Positions 13,501 through 41,052 of a DNA stretch of 64,000 nucleotides are shown in pieces; within the stretch, counting starts at the first letter, position 1; each line of letters begins with the position of its first letter. The translations under genes and the position numbers were made by a program. Below the pieces are notes generated by a model, which worked only from the letters and a program-made list of their open reading frames with translations, was not told where the DNA came from and did no database searches. Location: assembly GCA_051294375.1 (NCBI GenBank), contig CM119265.1, positions 10,054,339 to 10,118,338 of the forward strand, read 5' to 3'. The DNA comes from Paraspadella gotoi (taxonomy: Eukaryota; Animalia; Chaetognatha).

Positions 13501-16466
13501 TCGGTCCGCCCCTTCAATCTTGTCGGGCATATTACTTATATCATGTCAGAACATCGAATTATGATAAATTATGCAAAAAAAAGATGTCCGTCCGTCTGTC
13601 TGTCTGTCTGTCCATCCGTCCGTCCGTCCATCCGTCCGTCCGTCCGTCCGTCCGTCCGTCCGTCCGACCTTAGCAAAAAACACGAATTACTCGTGATTGG
13701 ATGGATGGATTGGAATGAAATTTTGTGTGTGGGTAGGGAAGTGTGTGATTGAGCTAGATATGAAGTTTCGATGGAATCGTCCGAGTGGAAATGAGTTTAA
13801 ATGGAAAAAATAAAAAAATATATTTCACTATTTGAATACCAATTACTCATGAGTGGATGGGGCGATTGACTTGAAATTTTATATTTGCGTTTTGATAAAC
13901 TACAATATCGGGAATTAATGATTTAAAATATTTATATATTTTATTGTATTTTAGGGATTTTATATTTAAAAGTTAATTTCAATTAAATAATTTCAATTTC
14001 TAAGAGAGAGAAATTTATAAATTTTTATCTTAAGACCATATATTTTAAATAAATCACTTCACTTTTCAAATTGTTAACTTCAAAAAATTCATAAGTTTTG
14101 ATGAACTACAACCTTATTTGCATGTTGCAGCAAATACTTTATTGTTGTTTATCTACCAAAATAAGATAAAAATAGCGTATTTCTTCAATTAATCCTCACA
14201 TTTAATGATTGAGTTAGTAGTTAAAATAATATTTCAGAACCAAGAGCTTATTAGTATTTTAAAATCTAAGGTTATTTATCTCAAATTGAACTAAGGTGTA
14301 AAAATTTATGTCAGATATGAAATCAATACTGCAGATTTATATTTTAACTCTGGTTTCTCTTCAGAGCGCACAAATCTTTCGCCTTTTACTAAAGATTTCC
14401 GTGGAGAGGAACACTCAAAGAGTGTTTCTATATTTATTTCAGCCCAAGCCCTGCTCGGGAATTAATGATTTAAAATATTTATATATTATTGTATTTTAGG
14501 GATTTTATACTGAAAAGTTAATTTAAATTAAATAATTTTAATCTCTAAGAGAGAGAAATTTAAAAATTTTTATCTTAAGATCATATTTTTTAAATAAATC
14601 ACTTCACATTTGCAATTGGTAACTTCAAAAAATTCATAAATTTTGATAAAATATAATCTCGGGAATTAATGATTTAAAATATTTATATATTTTATTGTAT
14701 TTTAGGGATTTTATATTTAAAAGTTAATTTCAATTAAATAATTTCAATTTCTAAGAGAGAGAAATTTATAAATTTTTATCTTAAGACCATATATTTTAAA
14801 TAAATCACTTCACATTTCAAATTGGTAACTTCAAAAAATAGATAAATTTTGATAAACTACAACCTTATTTGCATATTGCAGCAAATACTTTATTGTTGTT
14901 TATCTACCAAAATAAGATAAAAATAGCATATTTCTTCAATTAATCCTCACATTTAATGATTGAGTTAGCAGTTAAAATAATAGTTCAGGACCAAGAGCTT
15001 ATTAGTATTTTAAAATCTAAGGTTATATATCTCAATTGGAGCTAAGGTGTAAAAATTTATGCCAGATTTGAAATCAATACTGCAGAACTTTATTTTAACT
15101 CTGGTTTCTCTTCAGAGCGCACAAATCTTTCGCCTTTTACTAAAGATTTCCGTGGAGAGGAACACTCAAAGAGTGTTTCTATATTTATTACATCCCAAGC
15201 CCTGCTCGGGAATTAATGCTTTAAAATATTTATGTATTATTGTATTTTAAGGGATTTTATACTGAAAAGTTAATTTAGATTAAATAATTTCAATTTCTAA
15301 GAGAGAGAGGAATTTATAAATTTTTATCTTAAGACCATATTTTTTAAATAAATCACTTCACATTTGCAATTGGTAACTTCAAAAAATTCATAAGTTTTGA
15401 TAAACTACAATATCGGGAATTAATGATTTAAAATATTTATATATTTTATTGTATTTTAGGGATTTTATATTTAAAAGTTAATTTCAATTAAATAATTTCA
15501 ATTTCTAAGAGAGAGAAATTTATAAATTTTTATCTTAAGACCATATATTTTAAATAAATCGCTTCACTTTTCAAATTGTTAACTTCAAAAAATTCATAAG
15601 TTTTGATGAACTACAACCTTATTTGCATGTTGCAGCAAATACTTTATTGTTGTTTATCTACCAAAATAAGATAAAAATAGCGTATTTCTTCAATTAATCC
15701 TCACATTTAATGATTGAGTTAGCAGTTTAAATAATATTTCAGGACCAAGAGCTTATTAGTATTTTAAAATCTAAGGTTATATATCTCAAATGGAGCTGAG
15801 GTGTAAAAATTTATGTCAGATTTGAAATCAATACTGCAGATTTATGTTTTAACTCTGGTTTCTCTTCAGAGCGCACAAATCTTTCGCCTTTTACTAAAGA
15901 TTTCCGTGGAGAGGAACACTCAAAGAGTGTTTCTTTATTTATTTCAGCCCGAGCCCTGCTCGGAAACTAAGGTAAAGTAACATATAACATACCGAAGGCG
16001 TTGAAGACAAACACTGCGCGATTTTTCGAACTAAAATCGTGACGGTGGTACAAGCGTATGTTTTCACGTTTTGGTGGAACTGAATAAAGAATAAGAAAAT
16101 TATGAATGCCAAGAGAAGTTTAAAGAAATGGAATAAATTCAATAATATTTTAAAATCGTCAAATACTAACTTGTAGAGTTCCGCTCATCCCCTGAAAAAA
16201 AAACCAAGTAAGATTTAACAGAATGTAGAATTAATTCGTGACGTGTAAATGAAACAGACATACTTACAATCCCATTCGAATATCGCTTTTCCTATATAAG
16301 TTGACCTTTTGACTATTCTCCTTCGTTCCTGAAAATTAAAACTGTTTTAAAAAACGATCTCTGTCGTTTTGAAAGATAAGGACTTTAAACTTACCTTTTC
16401 CGCGTTGACCGAAAAACTAACGTTTAGTGCGACGAGGAAAAACAAACGGGTCACGATCCATTTCAT
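4632..16466 (-). CDS. Secreted M12B (reprolysin/ADAMTS-like) metalloprotease with F-type lectin domain and ~9 ShKT domains; exact 3' end uncertain
   Basis: Phase-consistent GT-AG exons: 16395-16466, 16268-16328, 16171-16191, 15993-16079, 12390-12586, 11986-12057, 11482-11697, 10743-10941, 9562-9717, 8955-9090, 8355-8515, 7877-8104, 7582-7710, 7213-7386, 6954-7064, 6661-6862, 6136-6299, 5484-5770, 4976-5261, ~4632-4746. Signal peptide MKWIVTRLFFLVALNVSFSVNA. Prodomain motifs NAFGKSWRLDLHRN, CLWIGTV, AFCTCG. Catalytic motifs VETAVVVD, YIHPTLG, ICNWQ, GLALLGGNC, HETGHAFGMEDD, Met-turn GLMR. F-lectin motifs NVAFRAKAEQSS, ATDG, SCTQT, PWVRIEL, NREDCCHERL, GRFVSV, LTVCEIQV. Repeated ShKT pattern C-x-D...C...C...W/YM...C-x-x-S/T-C-x-x-C. 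Confidence 0.88.
9190..9385 (-). mobile_element. Possible tRNA-headed SINE remnant
   Basis: On the minus strand an A-box-like GCGTGAGCGGCCTAA is followed by a B-box-like GGGTTCAGTCCC and a GC-balanced body, inside an AT-rich intron. Confidence 0.35.
9887..9937 (+). pseudogene. Internally deleted tRNA-Leu (acceptor, D and T arms only)
   Basis: GTCAGAATGGCCGAGTGGTCTAAGGCG is joined directly to TGGGTTCGAATCTCATTTCTGACA; the anticodon arm, intron and variable arm are missing. Confidence 0.85.
10003..10119 (+). tRNA. tRNA-Leu(CAA) with 33-nt intron (10041-10073)
   Basis: Canonical eukaryotic Leu-CAA body GTCAGAATGGCCGAGTGGTCTAAGGCGCCAGACTCAAG/intron/TTCTGGTCCACATATGTGGGCGTGGGTTCGAATCCCACTTCTGACA; all stems pair. 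Confidence 0.93.
10181..10297 (+). pseudogene. tRNA-Leu(CAA)-like copy, degenerate
   Basis: Same body, but the acceptor stem (GCTAGAA/TTCCGAC) and T-loop (GGTTTTAAAT) are damaged; 33-nt intron. Confidence 0.8.
10363..10477 (+). tRNA. tRNA-Leu(CAA) with 31-nt intron
   Basis: Intact A box, CTCAAG anticodon loop, variable arm and GGTTCGAATCCC B box. Confidence 0.92.
10523..10634 (+). pseudogene. 5'-truncated tRNA-Leu(CAA) copy with 38-nt intron
   Basis: Starts at CCGAGTGGTCTAAGG, so the 5' acceptor strand is lost; T-arm GGTTAGAATCTC is mutated. Confidence 0.8.
12690..12800. repeat. Dispersed ~110-bp repeat; reverse-complement copies at ~29385-29490 and ~32130-32245
   Basis: Shared core AAGCTATCTTGCCCCTGACTTTGGACAGGCTTTGGTGGTTTAAGGCCTCCAT. 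Confidence 0.75.
13441..15965 (+). mobile_element. DINE-1/HINE-like non-autonomous Helentron-type element with central tandem repeats
   Basis: 5' hairpin GGATCTGCT-TATC-AGCAGATCC, (TCCG/TCTG)n microsatellite at 13586-13665, 3' hairpin CCGAGC-CCT-GCTCGG and an internal ~750-bp repeat. The 5' end recurs at ~18577-18715. The 3' module recurs at 13300-13420 and inverted at 49145-49261. Confidence 0.6.
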
Positions 16467-17040
16467 CTTCTTCTTATTGAGATTAAATTTTCGGTGAGAC
16501 GAGTCTTTGTGAGATGTGAAACGGATTCACGCGAGAATTCACGCCCAACACGGTTCGTCAATAAAAAAAGTTCATTTCGTCAAATTTTCTTTCTTTATTC
16601 TCAGAAGACACGAGTTCGAGTCGAGTTCGACTTTTCATTTAAATATAAAAAAAAAACTTGGGCGCTTCCCCTTTCGCCTTTTCTTTCTTTTCTTAATTAG
16701 TGCTTAAAGTGAATATTTTTACAATTACTTAAAAATATATCAATGTGATGTACTTTTTTTTTCTTTCTTCTTGAGGCCAAAACACTCGTTTTCGAGTCAT
16801 CGACTCGAATTTCTCAAATAAAATGAAAAGAAATAAAAAAAGAAGAAAAAAAACAACAAAAAAAATACTTTTTTAGTCTTTTTTTTATTCCTGTCGTTTT
16901 TGTTTGTTTACTCGTCGTCGACGTCGCTATCGTCTTCGTCGCTATCGTCGTCGTCGCTATCGTCGTCGTCGCTGTCGTCGCAAGATGTCTCGAACAACTG
17001 ACGTCTGCAGGACTCGGAGGGGGGGGAGGAGAAACTTGAG

Positions 17041-17150
<110 letters not shown>

Positions 17151-17781
17151 TGGGGGACGAGGGGGAAGAAAAAACGGTGACGAACAGACGAAGGCTAATT
17201 GGTTTTCGGTTTAGAAACCTTTTCCATAAGTCCTTCTTTCTCGCCCGGAATTTTATGACTTTGATACAATCAATATAAAATTATCCATTCGTTTAATAAA
17301 TAATCAATCTTGCTCCTGACTTTACCTACGTTACCCTTTTCTTTTTTTAGACCTTCCCGATCAGAAATAGAACACCGACGCATCTCGACCCAAAAAAGTT
17401 GATAGGGCGGATTGCTTGTCTAGAATTCGGCGGAGTGGTAACCGTAGAGGGATAAGGGGGAAAGGGGGGGTGAGTGAAGGGAAGTTAAAGCGGGGGGTGG
17501 AGAATGATGATTCAGTTTCGAAAGTAAGGGTGGAAGGCGACTTTTAAGAGTCGTCTTAAAAGGTTCTCTGGGAGTTTATTAACTATTAGAGAATGAGAGA
17601 GTTTAGATTGAAACCTTGTTGGGTCCTTATTATCTTGTAAGAAAAATGGAGGCATTAATCTATAATAGCCTATATTTTTATTGAGACAAAAACGATACTA
17701 CTTTTGTAATCATTAATGAAGTATCATAATTTTCGCAGTTACCAAACCCCGCCCTACCAAAAAAAAAAATAATCAAAATAT

Positions 17782-20702
17782 TTACACGATATAAACATTA
17801 TTCGATTTTCTTGTGTCGTTTTCAATTTGTTCCCCGTTGAATTGAATCAAACCGGGATCTATTCTCGTCTCGCACTGATGAAGGTCCACTAGAAGAAAAA
17901 AATTAGTAATTAAATTTCATTTCATAAATTATAGGTGATAAAGAAAATCTCCACTAACGAGTCGTGGATGCGTTTTCGTGAAGACCGCATCCAGTTTTCA
18001 TCCTCAGTCGAAGTTCATCTCCGTTCAAGTAGATCGATTGCGTCATCCGTTCCAGTTTGCAATCCGATATACCTGGACATTTGATTTGATTGATTTGATT
18101 GATTTGATTGATTTGATTGATTTGATTGAGAGAATGAGTGATTAAATCATTAATTTACATAACTATATATATATTCATTTATCCATTCAGTTATTTATTT
18201 ATTTAGCTACTTATTTATCTATTTTTTTAATTTTGTAAAATTCAACCGACCGTCCCCGCGCTGCCTCTCCAAGAAGTTGGTCCACAGTCGCACGACGACC
18301 TGATCGGTGACCGCGGACGAGAGGTTGGCGTCGATGAGCCAGAGGACGAAGCATCCGTCCACTTTGAGCTCCTCCTCGATGAAGACGCGTTCCAGGCGAT
18401 GGAGGCCGGCGTCGTTGACGTCCAGGCCGAGCTTGGGGTAGTTGAGGATGAGGTGCTTCTTGATCAGGCCCTCTCTGGATTGATGGGGAAGGAGAGGGCG
18501 TTGGAGGAGGAGGAGGAGGAGGAGGAGGAAGGGGTGGAAATAAAGGATTTTGTGGGAAATAAATTTTAAAAAAGGTTTTTAGTGGGATCTGCTTATCAGC
18601 AGATCCCGACTCTTTAATTCACTTTGTCGGTCCGTCGGTCCGCCCCCTCAATATTGTCCGGCACTAACTTATATCATGTCAGAACATCAAATTATGATAA
18701 ATTAAAAAAAAAAATTCGTAATCGTACGGACCCACTAAACGATGAAATATTGCAACAGCTGGGTTGACTGTGATGCCCATTGTTGGGCTTGGGGGCTTCC
18801 GACCCTCAGTGACGCATCCAGTCACTGGCGCGGTTTCCCTAGGACGGTCTCTCTTTGCCAACGCAGAGGGAAGTCGTGGGGGAATCCACAATGTGGATAG
18901 AACACAACGCCTGGGATGGGTATGTTCCCTCTCTGAGCCAATGAGATTGGCTGAACGATGATGGCCGTGAGGCGGTGTGAATACACCGCCGCAGAAACTT
19001 CATTTCAATATCCATCGATATTTCCCCGCCCAACCTGTTGGCTTTGATGACGATGTTGACGATCCACTTGAGAAGGCTGAAGCCCGTCATCAGAAGCAGC
19101 AGGAAGTAGAGCAGCGACAAAACGGCGAAGAATTTATCGTTGTAAAGATTCGTGGGCAAAACGCAGTGAACGTTGTAGCTGATGAGATATCCGTGGACTT
19201 GGGGTTGACCCCGGAATTGGCAGAGAGTGTTGATCGGGAAACGGATCGAGGATGTCCATTCTGGAGGATGGTTTGATGGGTTGGGAGTGGTTGGGCAGAG
19301 TGGAAAAGATACGGTTGGGGTTAGAGTGAGAAGTTGATTTAATTTGAATTTAATTAATTTAAAAATCCGAACTACTCTTTTTCCTTCGCTGCTGGATGCA
19401 ATGATTTTTTTTTTTCTGCTTAGTTTTTATTGTTTGTTAATTTGTTTATTGTTTATCTATTTTAACAACGAACCGGATTTAAAAACTATCGAGTGAAAGA
19501 CGTTGATTCCGTGAAGGAGCAAATCCGTTCCGAGAAACACGTGCATCCCGTACAGTTGAATGACCAGGTTTGCCACGTACAAACACTGAATAAGACGGGA
19601 GAAATTCATTTTGTTCGTCCTTTTATATGTATTCATTTTCACTCATATGTATAATACTAAATAATTCCAACAATCGTGACCCGACCTTCATGACGAGAAA
19701 ACGAAACGAGTAAAAGATGTGAATGTGAAGTCCGAAAGTTTTTCCGATCGGTCCTGGAAGGAGATCGGAGCAAGTGTCGGGATCGAAACCGGGAGGGGGT
19801 TTGGTCACCTGGTCAAAGGGGTTTGGGTCAGGGATGGGGTAGGATGGGGATGGATAGGGAGGGACAGGGAAAGATAGGGAAGAATAGGGAAGGATATAGG
19901 GAAGGATAGGGAAGGATGGGGAAGGATAGGGAAGGATAGGGAAGGATAGAGAAGGATGGGGAAGGATAGGGAAGGATGGGGAAGGATAGGGAAGGATAGA
20001 GAAGGATGGGGAAGAATAGGGAAGGATGGGGAAGGATAGGGAAGGATTAGAGAAGGATTGGAAGGATAGGGAAGGATAGGGAAGGATAGGGATGGATAGG
20101 GAAGGATGGGAAGGATAGGGAAGGATGGGGAAGGATAGGAAAGGATGGGGAAGGATGGGAAGGATAGAGAAGGATGGGGAAGGATAGGGAAGGATAGGGA
20201 AGGATGGGGAAGGAGATATAGTCATAGGGGTGGAAATTTAGTGGAAATTTGAAACCATGAATTTATTGTAAAAAAGAACTATAACTGACATTGGTCAAAA
20301 ACAATGATATGATACGTATTGGCTAATCATGTTATTAAACGTTGAATGTGATTTTGATATTCGAAAAATAAAAGAAATGTCAGAAGTGGGATTCGAACCC
20401 ACGCCCACATAAGTGGACCAGAATGCTCCTAGGGAAAGGAAGAGAGTAATCTTGAGTCTGGCGCCTTAGACCACTCGGCCATCCTGACATATAGACCAAA
20501 CGCGCGAATATCACGAAGAAATAAAAGATGATTATTGATTATAATATGATGTTGATAATGATTGATAACTAGCTACATTTAGTACTTGTAGCACTTGTAG
20601 CAATCTACTAATCAACCTACCTTAATGAATCTGTCGAAATGTTCGCACATGTTCGTCAACGTGAGGTGGCGTTCGTGAATGTCCCCGTGGCACTCGCCTG
20701 AA

Positions 20703-20772
<70 letters not shown>

Positions 20773-21972
20773 ATATTAATGACGTCTACAAAGCCTCCCC
20801 AATCAAATAAATTCCGATCTCAACACGAAGTCTTGCGTCATCATTTTTGGAGGAATTTCCCGCCGGATTGCGCAACGGGTCACGTGATCGCCGTCGGCGA
20901 CGAGACTTTCGAGTTATTTCGATTACAAAGCTTGATTGACCTGTCAGTCAGTCAGGCCACAGTTCAAAGGCAGAAAGTTCACAGTGCGGGTCGATATGGT
21001 TATTATAAGGGTTGATAACTGGAGGATTTAGTGAATATGACATTTTTGGGGGGGGTTTTTAGATACCGAAAAAAACAACCACAACAACAACAACAACAAA
21101 CCATGATCGTTACGCAGCCTGAAACAACGACCTAAGGACAATAAGTGACCTAAAATAGGCTCAATAGGCCATTAATCTCTTTTTACTGTTACTGTATTTT
21201 ATTTTTCTCCGTTCGATATTTTGCCAAATTTTGTTTACATGTCAAACTGAAAAACAGACATAGACTTGGACAGACAGACAAACAAACAGACAGAAATACA
21301 GAGAGACAGACCACCGCCTCACCCAATTTCTTAGCGGCGATCAAAATCTGCTCGATGTCGACGCCGCCGTCTCCGCTGAACGACTTCCACAGCTTGTAGG
21401 GCAGCACGAACAGGCTTGCCTGTAGGGTCACTATGAGGGGGATCCACTGGTAGTAGGACACGAACCGTTTAGACCCGGACAGGTCCAGCTTATTGACGAC
21501 GTGGTCGAGTCGGTGGTCGGCGTGGTCCGTGGCGGGATTTCGATCGAGCGGCGTCGTTGGCGCCGCGAAAGAGTCCTCCCCGGTGCCGCCTGCGTTGAGG
21601 ACGCCTGGATGGCGCCGTGAGGACGAAGGGGGTCGTACTTGGGGGGCGGGGTGGTGAGGGTGAGAGAGTGATGTCAAAAAGACGAAGGTGGTCGTATTTG
21701 GGGGCGGGGTGGTGAGGGTGAGAGAGTGATGTCAAAAAGATGAAGGTGGTCGTACTTGGGGGCGGGGTGGTGAGGGTGAGAGAGTGAGAGAGTGGTGTCA
21801 AAAAGACGAACGGGGTTGAGATTGGTGCTTTGCGAAAAAAACAATTTAAATTTAATTACCTGAGCGAAAAATTCAAAACTAACAGTTTTAAATAAATTAA
21901 ATATTAATTGTGAATTTTTTGTTCCATTTCAGGAGTACTAGTTTAATTGACTTTTGTGAATGAAATTACCTC

Positions 21973-22030
<58 letters not shown>

Positions 22031-22697
22031 TCTTCAAAGCTGTTTCTCTCTCGCACTCTCGCCATTGTTTAAATCGTAACCCTTAAGTGGTCAGAAGCGT
22101 TCATGACCCCCCCCCCACCTTTGTATTCAACAGCTGGTAGGTCGAAGCCGTCCAGCAATACCCGTCCACGTAGGCTTCTTGTCCGCCTTTGGTCGCATTT
22201 GATCGCATTTTATCGCATTTGATCGCATTTATTTGGATTTGATCGCAGAATTGCAGGAGATAGCATCGCAGAAGAAAGAATAAAGGACAACGTTATTTCA
22301 AAAAGATTGTTGACCAACAGTCAAACAAAGAAGCGTAAACACGACAACCACAACAACGAAAACAACCACAACGACAACAACAAGGACGACAACCACAACG
22401 ACAACCTCCAAAATATTGCGGCGTGAAGCACCGAATGGGATCGCCGACGAACTGTCTGAGGCCGAGAAAGACGACGATGAAGAGAAGGAAACATGTCATC
22501 CATTGACGATTCGCTCTAGGGAAGTGGAGAAACGAAAAAAAAAAGTTTGATTCTTAACCGGGCTCGAACGCGAAACCTTGAGCGTGACCAGCCGTATCCA
22601 CGGACCCAAAACAGTGGTGGTCGTCTTACCTGTCAACCGAATCGTCGAGAGCGTTGTCTTCGAACAGACCGCTACCGAAATCCAAAATGAAACTCAT
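17782..22697 (-). CDS. Innexin (gap junction protein)
   Basis: Exons 22630-22697, 22406-22515, 22119-22186, 21323-21488 (in-phase AAG acceptor; 5' boundary uncertain), 20621-20697, 19686-19808, 19474-19585, 19035-19260, 18251-18474, 17959-18072, 17782-17888. Motifs DDSVDR, QFVGDPIRCFTP, YVDGYCW, YYQWIP, FPINTLCQF, HCVLPTNLYNDKFF, LKVDGCFVL; four TM segments and paired extracellular Cys. Confidence 0.93.
19833..20212. repeat. 10-bp minisatellite (GGGAAGGATA)n in innexin intron
   Basis: Direct reading; it produces the spurious PSLSFPILPY ORF. Confidence 0.95.
20378..20488 (-). tRNA. tRNA-Leu(CAA) with 27-nt intron
   Basis: Reverse complement reads GTCAGGATGGCCGAGTGGTCTAAGGCGCCAGACTCAAG-ATTACTCTCTTCCTTTCCCTAGGAGCA-TTCTGGTCCACTTATGTGGGCGTGGGTTCGAATCCCACTTCTGACA, followed by a T-rich terminator. 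Confidence 0.95.
21622..21810. repeat. ~57-bp minisatellite, ~3 copies
   Basis: GACGAAGG(T/G)GGTCGTAC/TTTGGGGGCGGGGTGGTGAGGGTGAGAGAGTGATGTCAAAAA repeated. Confidence 0.85.
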
Positions 22698-23794
22698 CGT
22701 AGATTTGAAATAAATAATTTTATGAATACTGGTTTTAAATGAACAGTAGTATTTAAATTGTCGACGCAAAAGAAATAATTATCGATCTTCGATGTTATTC
22801 TCTCCTTGGTAATTTTCTCTGATTTCCTATTAATTTCGTCTCGATCTCGAATCGTGACTTCAGCGATTACGATGCGCCAGCATTTTTCATCGTAAAATAT
22901 ATTTAATTAAGGTAGTATATTCGTGCAGAGGGATTTTAGTTTTTGGTACTAACTGTTGGAAATCGATTTTTTTGACAGTTTTTACATTTAACTACTATAC
23001 GATGTACATACTAAAGTTTATACGCGAATAGTAACTTCGGCATTCGAATGAGGAACTCACTCAATTTTTTTTCTTTTTTTGGATTTAATAAAAGCTTCTG
23101 ACGCTCTATGATTAATCCCACTCTCTGCATATCTTGAAAAGAATAACTTAATTCATCGAGGTTTCTTAAATCTTTTTTAAAAAAGTGAATTATAATCCTT
23201 TAAGTTTAACTAACTTCACATCGTAAAAACTATTACATTTGTTTTCATGAAATTTCTCCCTCAATCGCCCTTGCCCTCTATCGAATAAAAAAATTTCTGG
23301 CTTTCCAACTTCGAGCCGAACAAATGAACAGTGGATTCGAATTCGTCCGCCGAAGCGAATGAAAAAATCATGCGAATTTCGCTTCTCGAACGAGAAAAAG
23401 GTTTTTCGTCTGATCAGCTGTGGAGATGCTCTGGCGAAGCCGACTCGCGAAAAAAGAACAAAAGAAAAGATATGAATGGAAATGGTTGGAACCGGCGAGA
23501 GACGAGATTCGATGCCAGACAACGAAAAAGTTATATCGTCCTTGGCGACTGTGACCACTGACCACTGACCAGTTCATCTTGAAAGTTTAATCGTAATTGA
23601 TCGATGATTTTCACGATTGATAAAATCTACGTTTTCTCCAAAAAAATAAACGATAATCACAATGTAATTCGTCCGTCTCGCATATTGACACCTGCACATT
23701 TTTCATCGTAATTAAAACCGAAAAAAAATGTATGGTTGACACTTAACGTAGCGGACACAAACGCTAACGACCCACGCCACGAATCTCTCTCTTT

Positions 23795-23864
<70 letters not shown>

Positions 23865-23921
23865 CTCTCTCTACACACACACACACACTTCCCCCCTCTG
23901 TCCCCTCTCGCTACCAAAACA

Positions 23922-39894
<15,973 letters not shown>

Positions 39895-41052
39895 ACTGAA
39901 GGTGCTGCTCCGGAGTGCTGCTTCGGAGCGCTGATACGGAGTGCTTATCGGGAGTGGCGGGCGTGAAGAAGCGTGGGCGTCTTAGCGAACGTTGCCAGTC
40001 CCGGAGTCAAATTTCCATTTGCTCGACGCAAAATGTTGCCATGACGACGAAACTCGGCCTCGATAAACAACCACGGCTTTTGTCCAACCGCCGTCGCCCA
40101 TTGTCCTCCCCCTCAAGTTGATATATTAATCCCCTTCATTCTTTCAAACAAAACAAAAATCTCGCTCTCCACCCATTTTTTTTATTAAAGTAAAACAAAA
40201 ACAAAAACAAAAACAAAAAACTTTTGGCTAACGAACAAAAAATAATAATATAATCACTAATTATTAACCTTCGCTCAAGGTTCCTTCCCCAGTCCCTCCG
40301 CCCCTATTTACGCACTAAATATTTTATCGCAGTTCTTCTTTCCGTTCGAGAATAGTATAATTTAGCTTCCACATCATTGGAAAGGCTTTCATCGCATTTG
40401 TTTGTTTTTTTTCCGCAACGAAAATTTTAATTAGTACTATATCTTCAAAATGACTAAATACAGTCGGTAGCGTCTTTCAAGTTTTTTTACATGCAACCCC
40501 TCTTCCCCCCCCCCTCTCCCCTCCAACGACGCTTTTTACGAAAACTAATGTTCGATTTTGAACATTTTCATTTTTGTTTGTTTTTTTTTACAATTTTCTG
40601 TGTGAATTTTTTAGTTTTCGTTTGTCTCCTTTTTCTCGTGCTATTAGAAAACTATTTAACACTTAATCATTGATCGTCATGATTGAATAAATTCACTTTT
40701 ATTAATTTTTATCGTTTTTTTTATAGTAAATTTGCAGCTAGCTCGCTATTGATACCGAAAAAATACTTTAGCTGATGAATGTTGAGCCTATATATAAACA
40801 GGGATCATTTAAAACGCACTATTTGATTGTTTATTTAAATGTGAATGTTTTGACCAGTTTTCATCACAACCTCCGCGTTTGTAGCAGATTTAGATTTAAA
40901 TTGCCACCCTGAACGACGAAGAACATAAATTAATATAAATACTAAAATTACAACATTACGATCACAGTTTTTTTTTTTTGCAATAGACGACGCCGCCATG
41001 AGCCACATTGTCCACATCAGCCCTGTTGTCCACATCAGCCCTGTTGTCAACA

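Noticed and set aside
19623-20225. 200-aa Pro/Ser/Leu-rich ORF
   Set aside because: It is a 10-bp minisatellite read-through into innexin exon 6.
20701-20768. Idea that (TC)n tracts are oriented to serve as polypyrimidine tracts
   Set aside because: Counter-examples exist (e.g. sense-strand (GA)n at 39050-39210 just before kelch exon 10); no consistent bias is evident by eye.
21489-21604. Apparent frameshift at innexin exon 3/4 using the CAG acceptors near 21590 and 21605
   Set aside because: An in-phase AAG acceptor at 21489 resolves it, so no anomaly needs to be invoked.
22548-22600. tRNA-like 3' half (GTTCGAGCCC) in innexin intron 1, minus strand
   Set aside because: No A box or cloverleaf; at most a decayed fragment.
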